A DNA stretch of 64,000 bases, taken from assembly GCA_964016885.1 (NCBI GenBank), contig OZ024740.1, positions 36,208,001-36,272,000 on the forward strand, read 5' to 3'. Made by a program: the position numbers and the translations under genes. Shown here piece by piece: positions 37,801-48,961 of this stretch. The first letter of the stretch is position 1. The number at the start of each line of letters is the position of its first letter. This DNA comes from Eledone cirrhosa. Taxonomy: Eukaryota. The notes below the pieces were generated by a model, which worked only from the letters and a program-made list of their open reading frames with translations, made no database searches and was not told the DNA's origin.

Positions 37801-40800
37801 GGCGACCTACGTAGGAAATCGTATTATTGTGAGCTCCACAAAGGTTTGTTGTTTTCAGTTGTTTCAAATTGCCAGTTATGGAAAACTTTCGTTGTTAAAT
37901 GTTTATAAGTTCATATGCAATGCTTTCTGAAAAGGGCACTCAATAATATTGGGGCCTTGAGCCCCAAATTTAAACAATTATATTTATCAAACTAAAATTT
38001 CTTTTTAAAAAATCATGGATCGCTTTCAGCCACACAAGCAATGGCAATTATTTAAATTTGTCACATGCAGACATTACCAATAACTGCAGGTGTTAAAGCC
38101 ACCACCCCCACCACCACAATGTCAAAAAGAACAACCAACACCACTGATATCACCACCACCATAGCGACAACAGAAACAAAAATATAAATTATTACCTCGT
38201 GTCATCGAAATGGATTCACCCAGTATCGACTCTTCCACTCCGAACACCACTGACACCACCACCACCACCACAACGGAAACTAAAAATAACAATAACAAAA
38301 ATAACAATAACAACAACAGCAACAACAACAACAACATCAACATCAGCGCAAAACAAAATATGTCGATTGCCAAAGCGGCCAAGAAAAGCGAAACAATCGA
38401 GGTAAGCCAGAATGAATTGAATGAAGCCAAGCGAATGGTAAAAAAAGATTGGTACAGGGTTAGCCTCACCCCCCATCTAATAAAATGTAGCATCGGCGCC
38501 TATGCACCGTGTCATATCGGACGATAAACACAAAATCACGCCGAGTGGAACGGGCATCCGATTCCCAGATACAAAAAGCTTTGGGACATGTGTGGGCGCA
38601 AAAACCCACATCAGACGTGGACAGAAATAAGGAACCGTGGACGTGTCTTTGAACCCCTCAGGAAGCCAGAGAGAACTCCATGGCTCCATTAAGAAGTGAT
38701 GGGTTCACACTCGTCCCAAGCTATTATGGTCAGAGACTTGTGAAGATCAGGGTAACCCACGTTCCGCCGGCCATTGAAATACCCTGGCTAATGGCTGCCG
38801 ACATCGAGGCCAACACTAAAGTAATTGAGGTAACAAAAGAAAAGCAGGAGAACTGTTCCGGATCTGGGATGGAGCTCCTGATCCAAGTGAACCAAAAGAC
38901 ATAGAGGAAATTCCAGAGGTGATAGACCCCAATGACGGCAGCCACCTCACCGTAATCGTTGAGGGTAGAAGGCCTAGGTGTGTCGTTTGTGGTGAAGGAA
39001 CCCACCTAAAGGCTTTCTGCCCTCAGGCTAAACAGTTGAGGCCACCTCTCCTACCCACCCCAGTGGCTCAACCATCGAAACCAGCAGCAGAAATGAATGG
39101 CAGCAACAACTGTAACAGCAACAACAGAAGCAACTGTAGCAGCAACAACCCCAGCAGCTGTAGCAGCAACAGTAGTAAAACCAACACCACTTTACCCACC
39201 GCGCCAGAATTAGCACCAGCGCCTCCACCATCCACCACGCCACAGCTAAAACCAACGCCTGTGGAGGATTTTCAACTCCCCGACCTATCGCAACTGGAGA
39301 TAGATTGTGACGACGAGGAGGAGTGGGAAACTGTATCTGGAAAAAAGAAAAAAAAAGAACCCCAAAAAGAAAAAAATCCTCTTCCTTCGCCCTCCAAAAA
39401 CAAAATGCAGGGTGAAACAAACAAACAAACTAACAAAAAAGTTAAGACAGCTATGCCACTACCCACACCAGCACCACCATCCCCATCACCACAAACACCA
39501 ACATCAACACCATCATTAACCCCAACACCACCATCACCAACACCACAAAAATCACCAACAAGGGAAACAGAAACAAACCCACAACAAACGCAAACAAAAC
39601 AAAGCAGCCAAAACGATACACACTACACAGCATTAAATTTGAACAACGGCCTTTGCCATTCTGAGATCAAATCCCGCCGAGGTTAACTTTGCCTTTCATC
39701 CTTACGGTGTCGATAAAATAAAGTACCAGTAATGCACTGGGTTATTGCTGGCCTTGTGCCTAACGTAGAAACAATTAAATTTGAACAACAACCAATTATT
39801 ACACTATATCCAACACAACACCAGCATCACAGAAAAAGACTACACAACACCCCAAAAATTCACACCACCTCCACACATACAAATCACTCGCATCACACAG
39901 AAAACGTACACGACACTAAAATTAAAATTCCCCAAGGACATCGGAGACTTCAGACAAACACTCTCCAGGAGGATTTATAAGGACATCCTTCCGGAGGAGG
40001 CCACAAGCAGTGAGGGGACGGAAAAACCATCCTTCCTCCACGAGAAGTGAGATAAGTGGTCTTTTCCATCTTTTTCCACTCCTTTTTAACACGACCTTAC
40101 TCAGAATAGGCAGCATAAATGCACATGGCCTGGGGTCGTCATGGAATCAGGGTCCCCTGCTCAACGACCTCGGGTCAATGAACATAGATGTGGTGGCCAT
40201 CAGCGAGACCAGAATTTCCGAGGCACATGCCTTCGCACCCACCTTTGGTGGTTACGATGTGTATGCATCTCCAAGCCGGCCGGGATCGGAAGGCGGAGTC
40301 GCTGTGTTGTTTCGGAGAGGCCTGGATCTAGTTATATGGTCGATCTTCCTGGACCTAGAAGGTAAGACAGTGGTGCTTGACGTGACCAGCAGCGAAGGCT
40401 ATGCTTTTAGGCTAGAGGCTGTTTATGCCCCAACAGAGGCAGGACGGCCTGATTTCTTCAGGCGACTGGAGACATTCCTAGGAATGTTAGTGGGCGATTG
40501 GAACGGGATATTGGATGCACGCTGTGATTGTGTGGGTTTAGCGGATAGGGGAGGAGGGTGTAAAAGCCTCGCAAACCTGCTCAGACGTTTCCAACTGTCT
40601 GACAGATACCGACTGGATTTCCCGAATGTGCCAAAGTGGACATGGACAAACCCCAGCAGGTCATCCAGATTGTCTCTAGATAGAGTATTTTGTAGGGAAT
40701 TAGATAGTTCTAGCATAGGTTGTCCACAATTCAAAATAGTCGACTACACAGATCACAAATTCGTGACCTGTGTGGTTGACTTAGATAGGCTTCATAGACA

Positions 40801-41407
40801 AGGACCCGGCCAGTAGAAGTTAAACGCGTCATTGACAGCGCGCAAAGCCCAAAGAGACCGGATTAGCGAACTAGTTAAGCGGGCGTTGACGGGGGCAATC
40901 GTCAACAACAAATGAAAAGAGCGATTAGAATAGAGTCCATTAGGTTTAGAAAGGAGTTAGTGATAGAGAAAAGTAGAGCAGAGGGAGAACTAGTTAGCAA
41001 ATTAGACGAGGCGCTTAGTAATGACATCGCCGACGTGCTTGTGGCGAAATTGGCCCTCGACCAATTCTTCAATGCAAAGCACGAAGGTTGCGTTGGCAGA
41101 GCTAGGGCGCGTGCGCTCAGAAACGAGGAGACGAAAGCGGTTCGATATGCCCGAGTGTCGGAGGTGTCTTGGAGGACCACGACGGGCGCATGTTACTCGA
41201 ACCCGAGCAAATGTGTGGGGCTTTTCAGCGACACCTCGCTCAGCTGTTCGGTAGGGAGTGGTGGGTGGGATCGCAGGCTCTCGGTCAATGAGGCGGAGTG
41301 TTGCGAAAGCCGATAACAGCCGCTGAAATACGGGTAGCAATGACTGACTCCACGATGGGTAAATCGCTTGGTTTGGATGGTCTGCCCTATGGGCTTTACA
41401 TACACAT
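37801..41407 (+). mobile_element. Tx1 second subfamily, 5'-complete, 3'-truncated and degenerate
   Basis: Starts directly after (ATT)n; ORF1 CVVCGEGTHLKAFC; APE domain 40010-40816; breaks off just after the GLDGLPY motif. Confidence 0.88.
39648..39773 (+). mobile_element. 5'-truncated Meta-like SINE inside Tx1 ORF1, 16 bp TSD
   Basis: ATTAAATTTGAACAAC at 39632-39647 and 39774-39789. Confidence 0.9.
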
Positions 41408-41408
41408 G

Positions 41409-42220
41409 AGCTCAAAGGAAATAGTTATCCTGGGCACTTTAAAATACAATATATAGAGGGGAAAGACACAGCAGAGTGTGTTTTTCATTACAGGAATTTC
41501 GAACCACCAGCGTGAGAAGAATATAAGCTACTAGAGGTATTGGTAAAACATTAAAATTAAAAGTATAAAAGTATAAAAGTATAAAAGTATAAAAGTATAA
41601 AAGTATGAATTGAAATGAAAAACCATGCTCCTGGTGAGTGTGTACATGTGTGATTAAGGTGAGGATGGTTTTTCATTTCAATTTATAATTTTAATTTTAA
41701 TGTTTTACCAATAACTCTAGTAGCTTATATTCTTCTAACTATTTCCTTTGAGCTCATTTAATTACAGGATTATACGCACGTCTTTTGCTCCGTTATTTTT
41801 ACTTGATATTTGCTCCTTGCGCTCTCTCTGCTGTTGAGCACCTTAAATTGAATAGTATAGGCTGCCATCTCTAGCAGCTTGTTCTGTTCATGCCACCAGT
41901 TACTGCCCCGAGCAAGCATTCCTCTTATGTCTACACGTGCGAAGGGTGGTTTATTTTAGTTCTCTCTGTAGTAGTGCGGACAATATTGGCCTTCCACATG
42001 TTGATGACCCACCGGGCCGTATTGGAACCCACTAAAATGGCGAAACATGCTCCTGGTGAGTGTGTACATGTTTGATTTAGGTGAGGATGGTTTTTCATTT
42101 GAATTTATACTTTTAATTTTAATGTTTTACCAATACCTCTAGTAGCTTATATTCTTCTCACGCTGGTGGTTCGAAATTCCTGTAATGAAAAACACACTCT
42201 CTTTCCTCTCTATATATTGT
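41409..42220. repeat. direct + inverted duplicated ORF-less element (pLTR-like)
   Basis: 41474-41625 inverted vs 42087-42200; 41624-41735 direct vs 42046-42156; includes (AAAAGTAT)-like tandem units. Confidence 0.8.
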
Positions 42221-42334
42221 ATATATATATATAATATTAATTAATATTAATAACTCCGGAAAACCATTTCTGTCGAGTGCTTCCAATCTATTGTAACACT
42301 CATTCTTTGATTTATTCATTGAACCTTGTTTAAC

Positions 42335-42397
<63 letters not shown>

Positions 42398-42452
42398 ATT
42401 ATATATATATAAGAAATATATGTATATATATAATAAATATATGTATATATAT

Positions 42453-42701
42453 ATATTATTCAAAATATTAATAAATGAAAAATATTCTCATAACCAAAAT
42501 ATATATTTTATTATACAATGGTGTTTCAGTACATTTTCATCAGATAAAATATATGAGAGTTTGGATATGCGACATACCGCTAAGGTTTTGTTTATTCATG
42601 AAAACGTACTTAAACACCATTGTACCTTTGAAATAGGTATAATAAAATATATATTTTGGTTATGAGAATATTTTTTCATTTATTAATATTTTGAATAATA
42701 T
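42453..42701. repeat. inverted repeat containing complementary decayed hammerhead halves
   Basis: Arms ~42453-42540 and ~42597-42701; the minus arm keeps CTGATGA, the plus arm keeps GAAA-TAGGTA-TA-ATAAAATA. Confidence 0.75.
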
Positions 42702-42819
42702 TAAAAACTACAGATAAATTGCTGTCTAATGCTTCTAATCTATTGTAAAATTGTATTCGTTGAATAATCAATGAACCATATAATCTTTTGGTCATTATAT
42801 ATATATATATATATATATA

Positions 42820-45380
42820 TAAGATCAAAAGATGGTTAAAGGAGTTCCATGTATTTTATTATGCGCATTTCAAAAACAAACATCATCATGCAATAATATT
42901 TGTGTTTTCATCAGATAAAACAGGAGAACATGATATGAAGGCTAAAAAACACTTGTGGATAGTGCAGTTTTAAATCAACATATGAAAAGTGGTTTTAGAT
43001 TGATGTGTGATATTGGGAAAAATATTTTATTTAGAGAGGGAGGGGTGGAAAGGATGAAAAAGGGGAGGAGATGAGAGGGAGAGATGGGTGATAGAGAGAA
43101 AGAGATAGTTTTTATAACTGAGAGGAGATATATTGTTTTACATAGAGAGGTTGAAAACCGTTGGAAGATAATGTATAAATTAAAATAATTTGAAAATTAA
43201 CGAAGGGAGGATATGTGCGAGGAAAAAATATTTTATTTAGGGAGGGGGGGGGGGTGAAAAAAGGGGGAGGAGATGAGAGTGAAGGTGAAGAGGGAGAGAT
43301 GGGTGATAGAGAGAAAGAGATAGTTTTTATAACTGAGAAAAAGATATATTGTTTTACATAGAGAGGTTGAGAACCGTTGGAAGATAATGTATAAATTAAA
43401 GGAATTTGAAAATTAACGAAGGGAATTTATGTATGAAGATAGAGAGAAAAAATAATAATTGTGGATGAATATTCTAACGTCAAAAAAGGGTATGTTGATA
43501 AGTATTGTGGCAATTTCAAAATTAACGAAGAGAAAAATTATTAAGGTTTGTGTGTAGAAGGATTTGAGAAAAAATAATGTGAAGTTAAAGTTTGTATATT
43601 GAAGGAATTGATAATATATGCGAATAAAGAGTTAATATGTATTAATAATGAGTTCGTTGATGGGGAGAAAAAAATAATAAATTAAGGATGAAATTGAGAT
43701 TAAAAAGATTTATGATAGAGAGAAAAAATAATAATGATTGCGGATGAATATTCTAACGTCAAAAAAACAAATGTATATGTTATGAAGGATTTTACAAGGT
43801 GAAGATAGAATGAGGGTAATGAGTAAACAAGTATTATAGAGTGTATAATGCCCTTTAAAGTATGGTAGGAAGATGGGTATATTTTAAAGAGGTATATGTA
43901 TATGTGCCTTTGAGAAAAGATTCTAAATTGATAAAGAATTGAATATTAACTGTATACTTTGTGAAAAGTCCTATGGAATTTATGCAGGCAGATAGAAAAC
44001 AAATCTGTACGTCTATTTATTATAGAATCTAGGTTAGAGATAATGGTAAATTTTTCATTTAGGCAGAGATTACAGATTTTAGATAGAGAGCTGTTCAAGT
44101 ATGAGGATGCAGAAGAAACCTTCTTCCAAAAGATGGTATATTTAATGTTTTTGTCTTTTAAGGACCATATGAGTTCTGAGAGAGCAGTGTTGGTTCTTTT
44201 AAGTTTGTATTTGAAAGATGAATGATGATTATAGAGACGAGCTTTAAAAGAGGTGGAAGTGGAGCCAAAATAGGTGAAGGAATTGGTGCTAGTTATAATT
44301 TTACATTCATAAATTAAGTTTTTATCGAGACAATGGTTGTTGAGAGGACATTTATTTTTAATGCGGCAGTTGCAATTAGAGAGATTATTAATGAGTGACC
44401 TAGTGTTATCTATAGAAGGAATTGGATTGGAGAAGTTGTTTGCGATAGGAATAATAGGAATAATAGTTTCTTAATTTAGAGTTGGATTATGAACATTTAG
44501 CGAAGTTGTGTTTGACGTTGTATTTGGGTTTACAGAAGTTAGCCTAGGGTTTACAATGACGTCGGGAGTACTATTACTGTTATTATGAAATTCAATATTG
44601 GAAGGAATAGATTAAGTATTTAGTATTTTATTGTTGTGTTTAGAGATGATGTTGGAAATATTGGAGGATGTAGAATAAGAAAATTTGATGGTGTGTTTGT
44701 TAAATATTTTACTATAGATATGTGAGGGAGGGAAGCATTTATTTAAGGCACTAAAAAATAATTTAGGAATATTGGTATTAATAGAGATGGAGAAAGGAGC
44801 ATTGTACCAGATTATAAGTATCTAGGTCTTTTATTAAAATTATTGGAATGATCATGATTAATTATTCTACTGTAAGTTTTTCTAGAATTTGTTTCTTTAC
44901 TATATTTGATTTTATCTGGATAGCCGGCTTTAGAAAGTGCGTTATTATAGTAATTGGCGTTAGCATCAAAGATGTTTTTATTAGAGGATATGTTAGATAT
45001 TCTTTTTCCAATATTACTAACTATTGCATTCTTGATATTGGTAGGATGGTTAGATTTAAAGTTAACATAATTTAGGTTCTCATTGTTTTTATGGTAAGGG
45101 TAATATAGGCCAGTGTCAAGATTAAGAGATACATCCAAGAAATTAGCTAGTTTGATACTATTATCAAATTCAATTTTTAGGTTATGTTGGTTAAAGAGAT
45201 TACGTATATTGTTCTTAATAATATTAAGGTTAACTATATTGCAATTTAGGATAGTAAAGAGTCCATCGTCACGATAAATTCCACCGCGAAGTTGAGGAAT
45301 TTTCCGACTCAAAGAGTTCAAAATGAAGATACCAATTAAATCAGTCAATTGGGATGAATCGGATGCTCCCATTGTGATGG
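42820..45380 (-). mobile_element. 5'-truncated Naiad-type Penelope-like element
   Basis: ITMGASDSSQLTDLIG, GIYRDDGL; CNCRIKNKCPLNNHC; LIY..YFG GIY-YIG; long 3' region with ~200 bp internal duplication (43018-43425). Confidence 0.9.
42854..42920 (-). ncRNA. type I hammerhead ribozyme, intact core
   Basis: TTTTAT-CTGATGA-stem II-GAAA-TGCGCA-TA-ATAAAA. Confidence 0.85.
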
Positions 45381-45594
45381 TATACAGACGTACAGTAGCA
45401 TGCATATATATATATATATATACATATATACATATATACATACAGGTACACATACATATATGTACGCATCAGTTTAGCGGACGCTTATTATAGCGCCCGC
45501 TTTGTTCGTTTGTAAACAAACTGAACAGCCTGAATTTCTGCCGCACGGTGTTAAGGCAACCACGTCAGCTTTTTGTTCAACACTGACACAGGAA

Positions 45595-45635
45595 CGATGT
45601 ACTAGTTTCAAGCTTGTTAGCTATCATCAGCACCG
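45595..45635 (-). ncRNA. minimal type I hammerhead, intact core
   Basis: CGGTG-CTGATGA-TAGCTAACAAGCTT-GAAA-CTAG-TA-CATCG. Confidence 0.8.
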
Positions 45636-45872
45636 TATACCCATCTGCCAGATAGTTGAACGTTCGAAAGTATATATTTTCCTTATGAAAATTAACGGCT
45701 GAGCAGCCTAATTTGCATATCGAGTGAGTTAAATCGGTCAGGCGCACCGAAAACGATGAGTTGTAATAAAATGAAAACGAAATTTCATTTCTCACTCTTA
45801 GTACGGCACTTACTTAAATGTAAGTATGTATGTATACGTACATACATATATGTATACAGACGTACAGTAGCA

Positions 45873-45948
<76 letters not shown>

Positions 45949-46100
45949 CAGGTACACATACATATATGTACGCATCAGTTTAGCGGACGCTTTTTATAGC
46001 GCCCGCTTTGTTCGTTTGTAAACAAACTGAACAGCCTGAATTTATGCCGCAAGGTGTTAAGGCAACCACGTCACCTTTTTGTTCAACACTGACACAGGAA

Positions 46101-46141
46101 CGATGTACTAGTTTCAAGCTTGTTAGCTAACATCAGCACCG
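46101..46141 (-). ncRNA. hammerhead copy with core mutation (CTGATGT)
   Basis: Identical to 45595-45635 except A9>T. Confidence 0.65.
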
Positions 46142-46409
46142 TATACCCATCTGCCAGATAGTTGAATGTTCGAAAGTATATACTTTCCTTATGAAAATTA
46201 ACGGCTGAGCAGCCTAATTTGCATATCGATGCGTACATATATGTATGTGTACCTGTATGTATATATGTATATATGTATATATATATATATATATGCATGC
46301 TACTGTACGTCTGTATACATATATGTATGTACGTATACATACATACTTACATTTAAGTAAGTGCCGTACTAAGAGTGAGAAATGAAATTTCGTTTTCATT
46401 TTATTACAA

Positions 46410-46447
<38 letters not shown>

Positions 46448-46789
46448 AAAGTGAGGTTTTTTTACACTCATATATGAAAAAAACAACCTGTTACGCCACC
46501 CCCACCCCTGTTTGAAGAACTTTGTAACGCGAACTGGCGCGAAATTTATTATAATTATTGACCAACCAATCAAATTACTTCTCTAAAAACCTGGCATTTC
46601 GAACCACTTTTTCCATATAAAACAAGTAACATTCAGAGACCAACCACATGTGAGAAAAACCACAGACCCTCCATCTCAACTCTACTTTTGAAAAGCAGAA
46701 GAACTGCGAAACCGGTAAAGGAACCAAATAAATATATAAATTTTTTAAAAATAAGACTCCAGTTGCATTTTCGATTTCATCTTTTTTTC

Positions 46790-46842
<53 letters not shown>

Positions 46843-47014
46843 ATATATATTTATATATATTTATGTATATATATATATATATATATGATAAGACATTTAT
46901 GCTGAAAGGTGAAAGTACTACAAATATTAGAGATATTATGATTTACAGATGTTTATATATAAAAAATTTAAATTGTTAAAAAAGATACGATCCTTTAGAT
47001 GATTTATAGGAATA

Positions 47015-47280
47015 TTATAAATTACACATAGTTCTGAATGTAGAATGTTGGCGATGTCTGCAAGAATTAAATAATTCTGTCCTGAGATTAATAGAGTTTT
47101 GACAGTTAATTATGTAAAAAATTTCTTCAATACACAATTTACAGAATTTTGATAAAGTCATAATTCGGTACGCAGGTGTTTTTTCGAAATCGTTTTCCAA
47201 TATTTTGAATAGTCTACATTGTTGCTTTTTAAGTTCCATATATGTTTCCTTGGCTATGTCAAAATTTATAAAACACACTT
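47015..47280 (-). mobile_element. PLE GIY-YIG C-terminal fragment
   Basis: FCKLCIEEIFYII..INLRTELFNSCRH. Confidence 0.75.
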
Positions 47281-47282
47281 TG

Positions 47283-47344
47283 TATTTTATCTGATGAAAG
47301 CGTATCAAAGTTTTTGGTACCCTTGTAATATATATAATAGAATA
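47283..47344 (+). ncRNA. hammerhead motif with GAAA>GTAA mutation
   Basis: TATTTTAT-CTGATGA-stem II-GTAA-TATATA-TA-ATAGAATA; same family as 55484. Confidence 0.65.
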
Positions 47345-47784
47345 AATATGCTTTTATAAATATAGTTTCCATTTATTTAATATCATTGTATATATATATA
47401 TATATATATAAAAGCAGAAGAACTGTGAAACGGTAAAGGAACCAAATAAATATATATATTTTTTTTAAAATAAGACTCCAGTTGTATTTTCGATTTCATC
47501 TTTTTTTCTTTATACTTTCACTCGTGTAGGACACCTCGGTTATTTTTCATTTTGTAAAAAAACGTCACTTTCTAATATATATATATATATATATATACAT
47601 ATAAAGATTATCGCTCTACATGGCTGAATACAATAAATGTAACCTGAATTTTTGGGATCTGTTAAAATTCAGATCTAACTGATCAGCCAGTCTGCTAATA
47701 TGCAAATCCGGCCGATCAATCACTGTGTAATTTTGAAAATAGCATATATTTTCACTAGCTCTGACAGTTTGGCAGGTGAACAGT

Positions 47785-47834
47785 GAACTGTACTGATGAA
47801 GGGTGATACCCAGAAACATTAGTGTCTGCAGTTC
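47785..47834 (+). ncRNA. type I hammerhead, intact core, GUC site
   Basis: GAACTGTA-CTGATGA-AGGGTGATACCCA-GAAA-CATTAGTG-TC-TGCAGTTC. Confidence 0.9.
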
Positions 47835-48142
47835 TGTTTATATGCCAACACAAGAGCCATAATGAGGGGCTCATTCTACTGACATGGCTTTAAAAATGAG
47901 GCTGTTTGCATAATTGCAAACGAAGCGAATATTATTACTAATATTCGAAAAACTCAGATTACATTTATTATATATATATATTGTTATCATCATTGCTTTT
48001 ACTTACTAAGCGATATTATGAAGATTCCTGATATTGAAGATAAAAAAGATAAGACATAAAAAAATGATATTACATATATAACAAAAGCGAAATCACGTAC
48101 ACGCTAGGGTATATAAACAAACTTTTCATATTTGCGAAGTAA

Positions 48143-48961
48143 TCTCTCTATATATAAAACAGATGATGTCTGTCTGTGTAAATCCCTAAAACTCGAGAAG
48201 TACCCGACCGATGTTTTTCAAACTTTACACATGCGTTACTTATATTTCTTGAAGTGCAATGGGCTAAAAACCATTTTAACTTTTTCTGCCTTAGAAAAAC
48301 CACCTTTTAAAGGCATTTTTAGGCTTTTTTTTAGGCGTAACTTAAAGATAATCCAGCCGATTTCCTCGAAATTTGCAGCACACATTAGTTAGTCCCCTTG
48401 CATTGCTGTGGACAAAAGAAATTTCCGTTTCCATTAATGGTTTCTAGGAAATTCACGAATTAGCGGTTGTGCTAATTCCGCGGTGACCCCTTTTGTCGCA
48501 CTTTTGCTGCTGTGTAAACGCAGTGCAACCAGTGCTGCCCAGCGTTTGTGCTAATTGCACTATGGCCCCTTCTGTTGCAGCTGCGTTGCCGCGCTGATTT
48601 CGTCATCTCAATATCCCTACTTTAACGTACATCCCTACTTGGTTTTCACACCATTCACTACGTCGCTTATTCAGACTGACGTGTGTTCCCCATCCGTGAC
48701 GTAATTCGTGAACAGACTTACGACATACATCGCCCCGCAACACTTACTTACTCCTTTCGCATACAGGGTTTCCGCAATCAGCCCACTGACACTACTACTA
48801 CTGGATTCGGCCTGCTGGTGTTCTACGTTTCCAGTAGATGAACAATCATTCCCTGGGAATAAGTGAATTCAAAATGTACACAGCTACATTCCTCAATCTT
48901 TGCATATGCGTGTTGCTATTTCACGTTTCCTACCCTGTGCAACGCTGGGTCCTGCTGTTAG
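48143..48961 (+). mobile_element. non-autonomous Helitron-like element
   Basis: A|TCTCTCTATATATAAAA 5' end; subterminal CCCTGTGCAACGCTGGG hairpin; TTAG|T (CTAG-like) 3' end; inserted between A and T. Confidence 0.7.

Larger units (their letters stand above)
45380..46412. repeat. ORF-less direct repeat (506 bp ribozyme period) plus inverted partial copy
   Basis: 45380-45723 repeats at 45852-46229; 46228-46412 is an inverted copy of ~45760-45978. Confidence 0.9.

Noticed and set aside
41995-42055. Hammerhead-like TTGATGA...GAAACATGCTC
   Set aside because: Core and cleavage site are both altered and stem I is unconvincing
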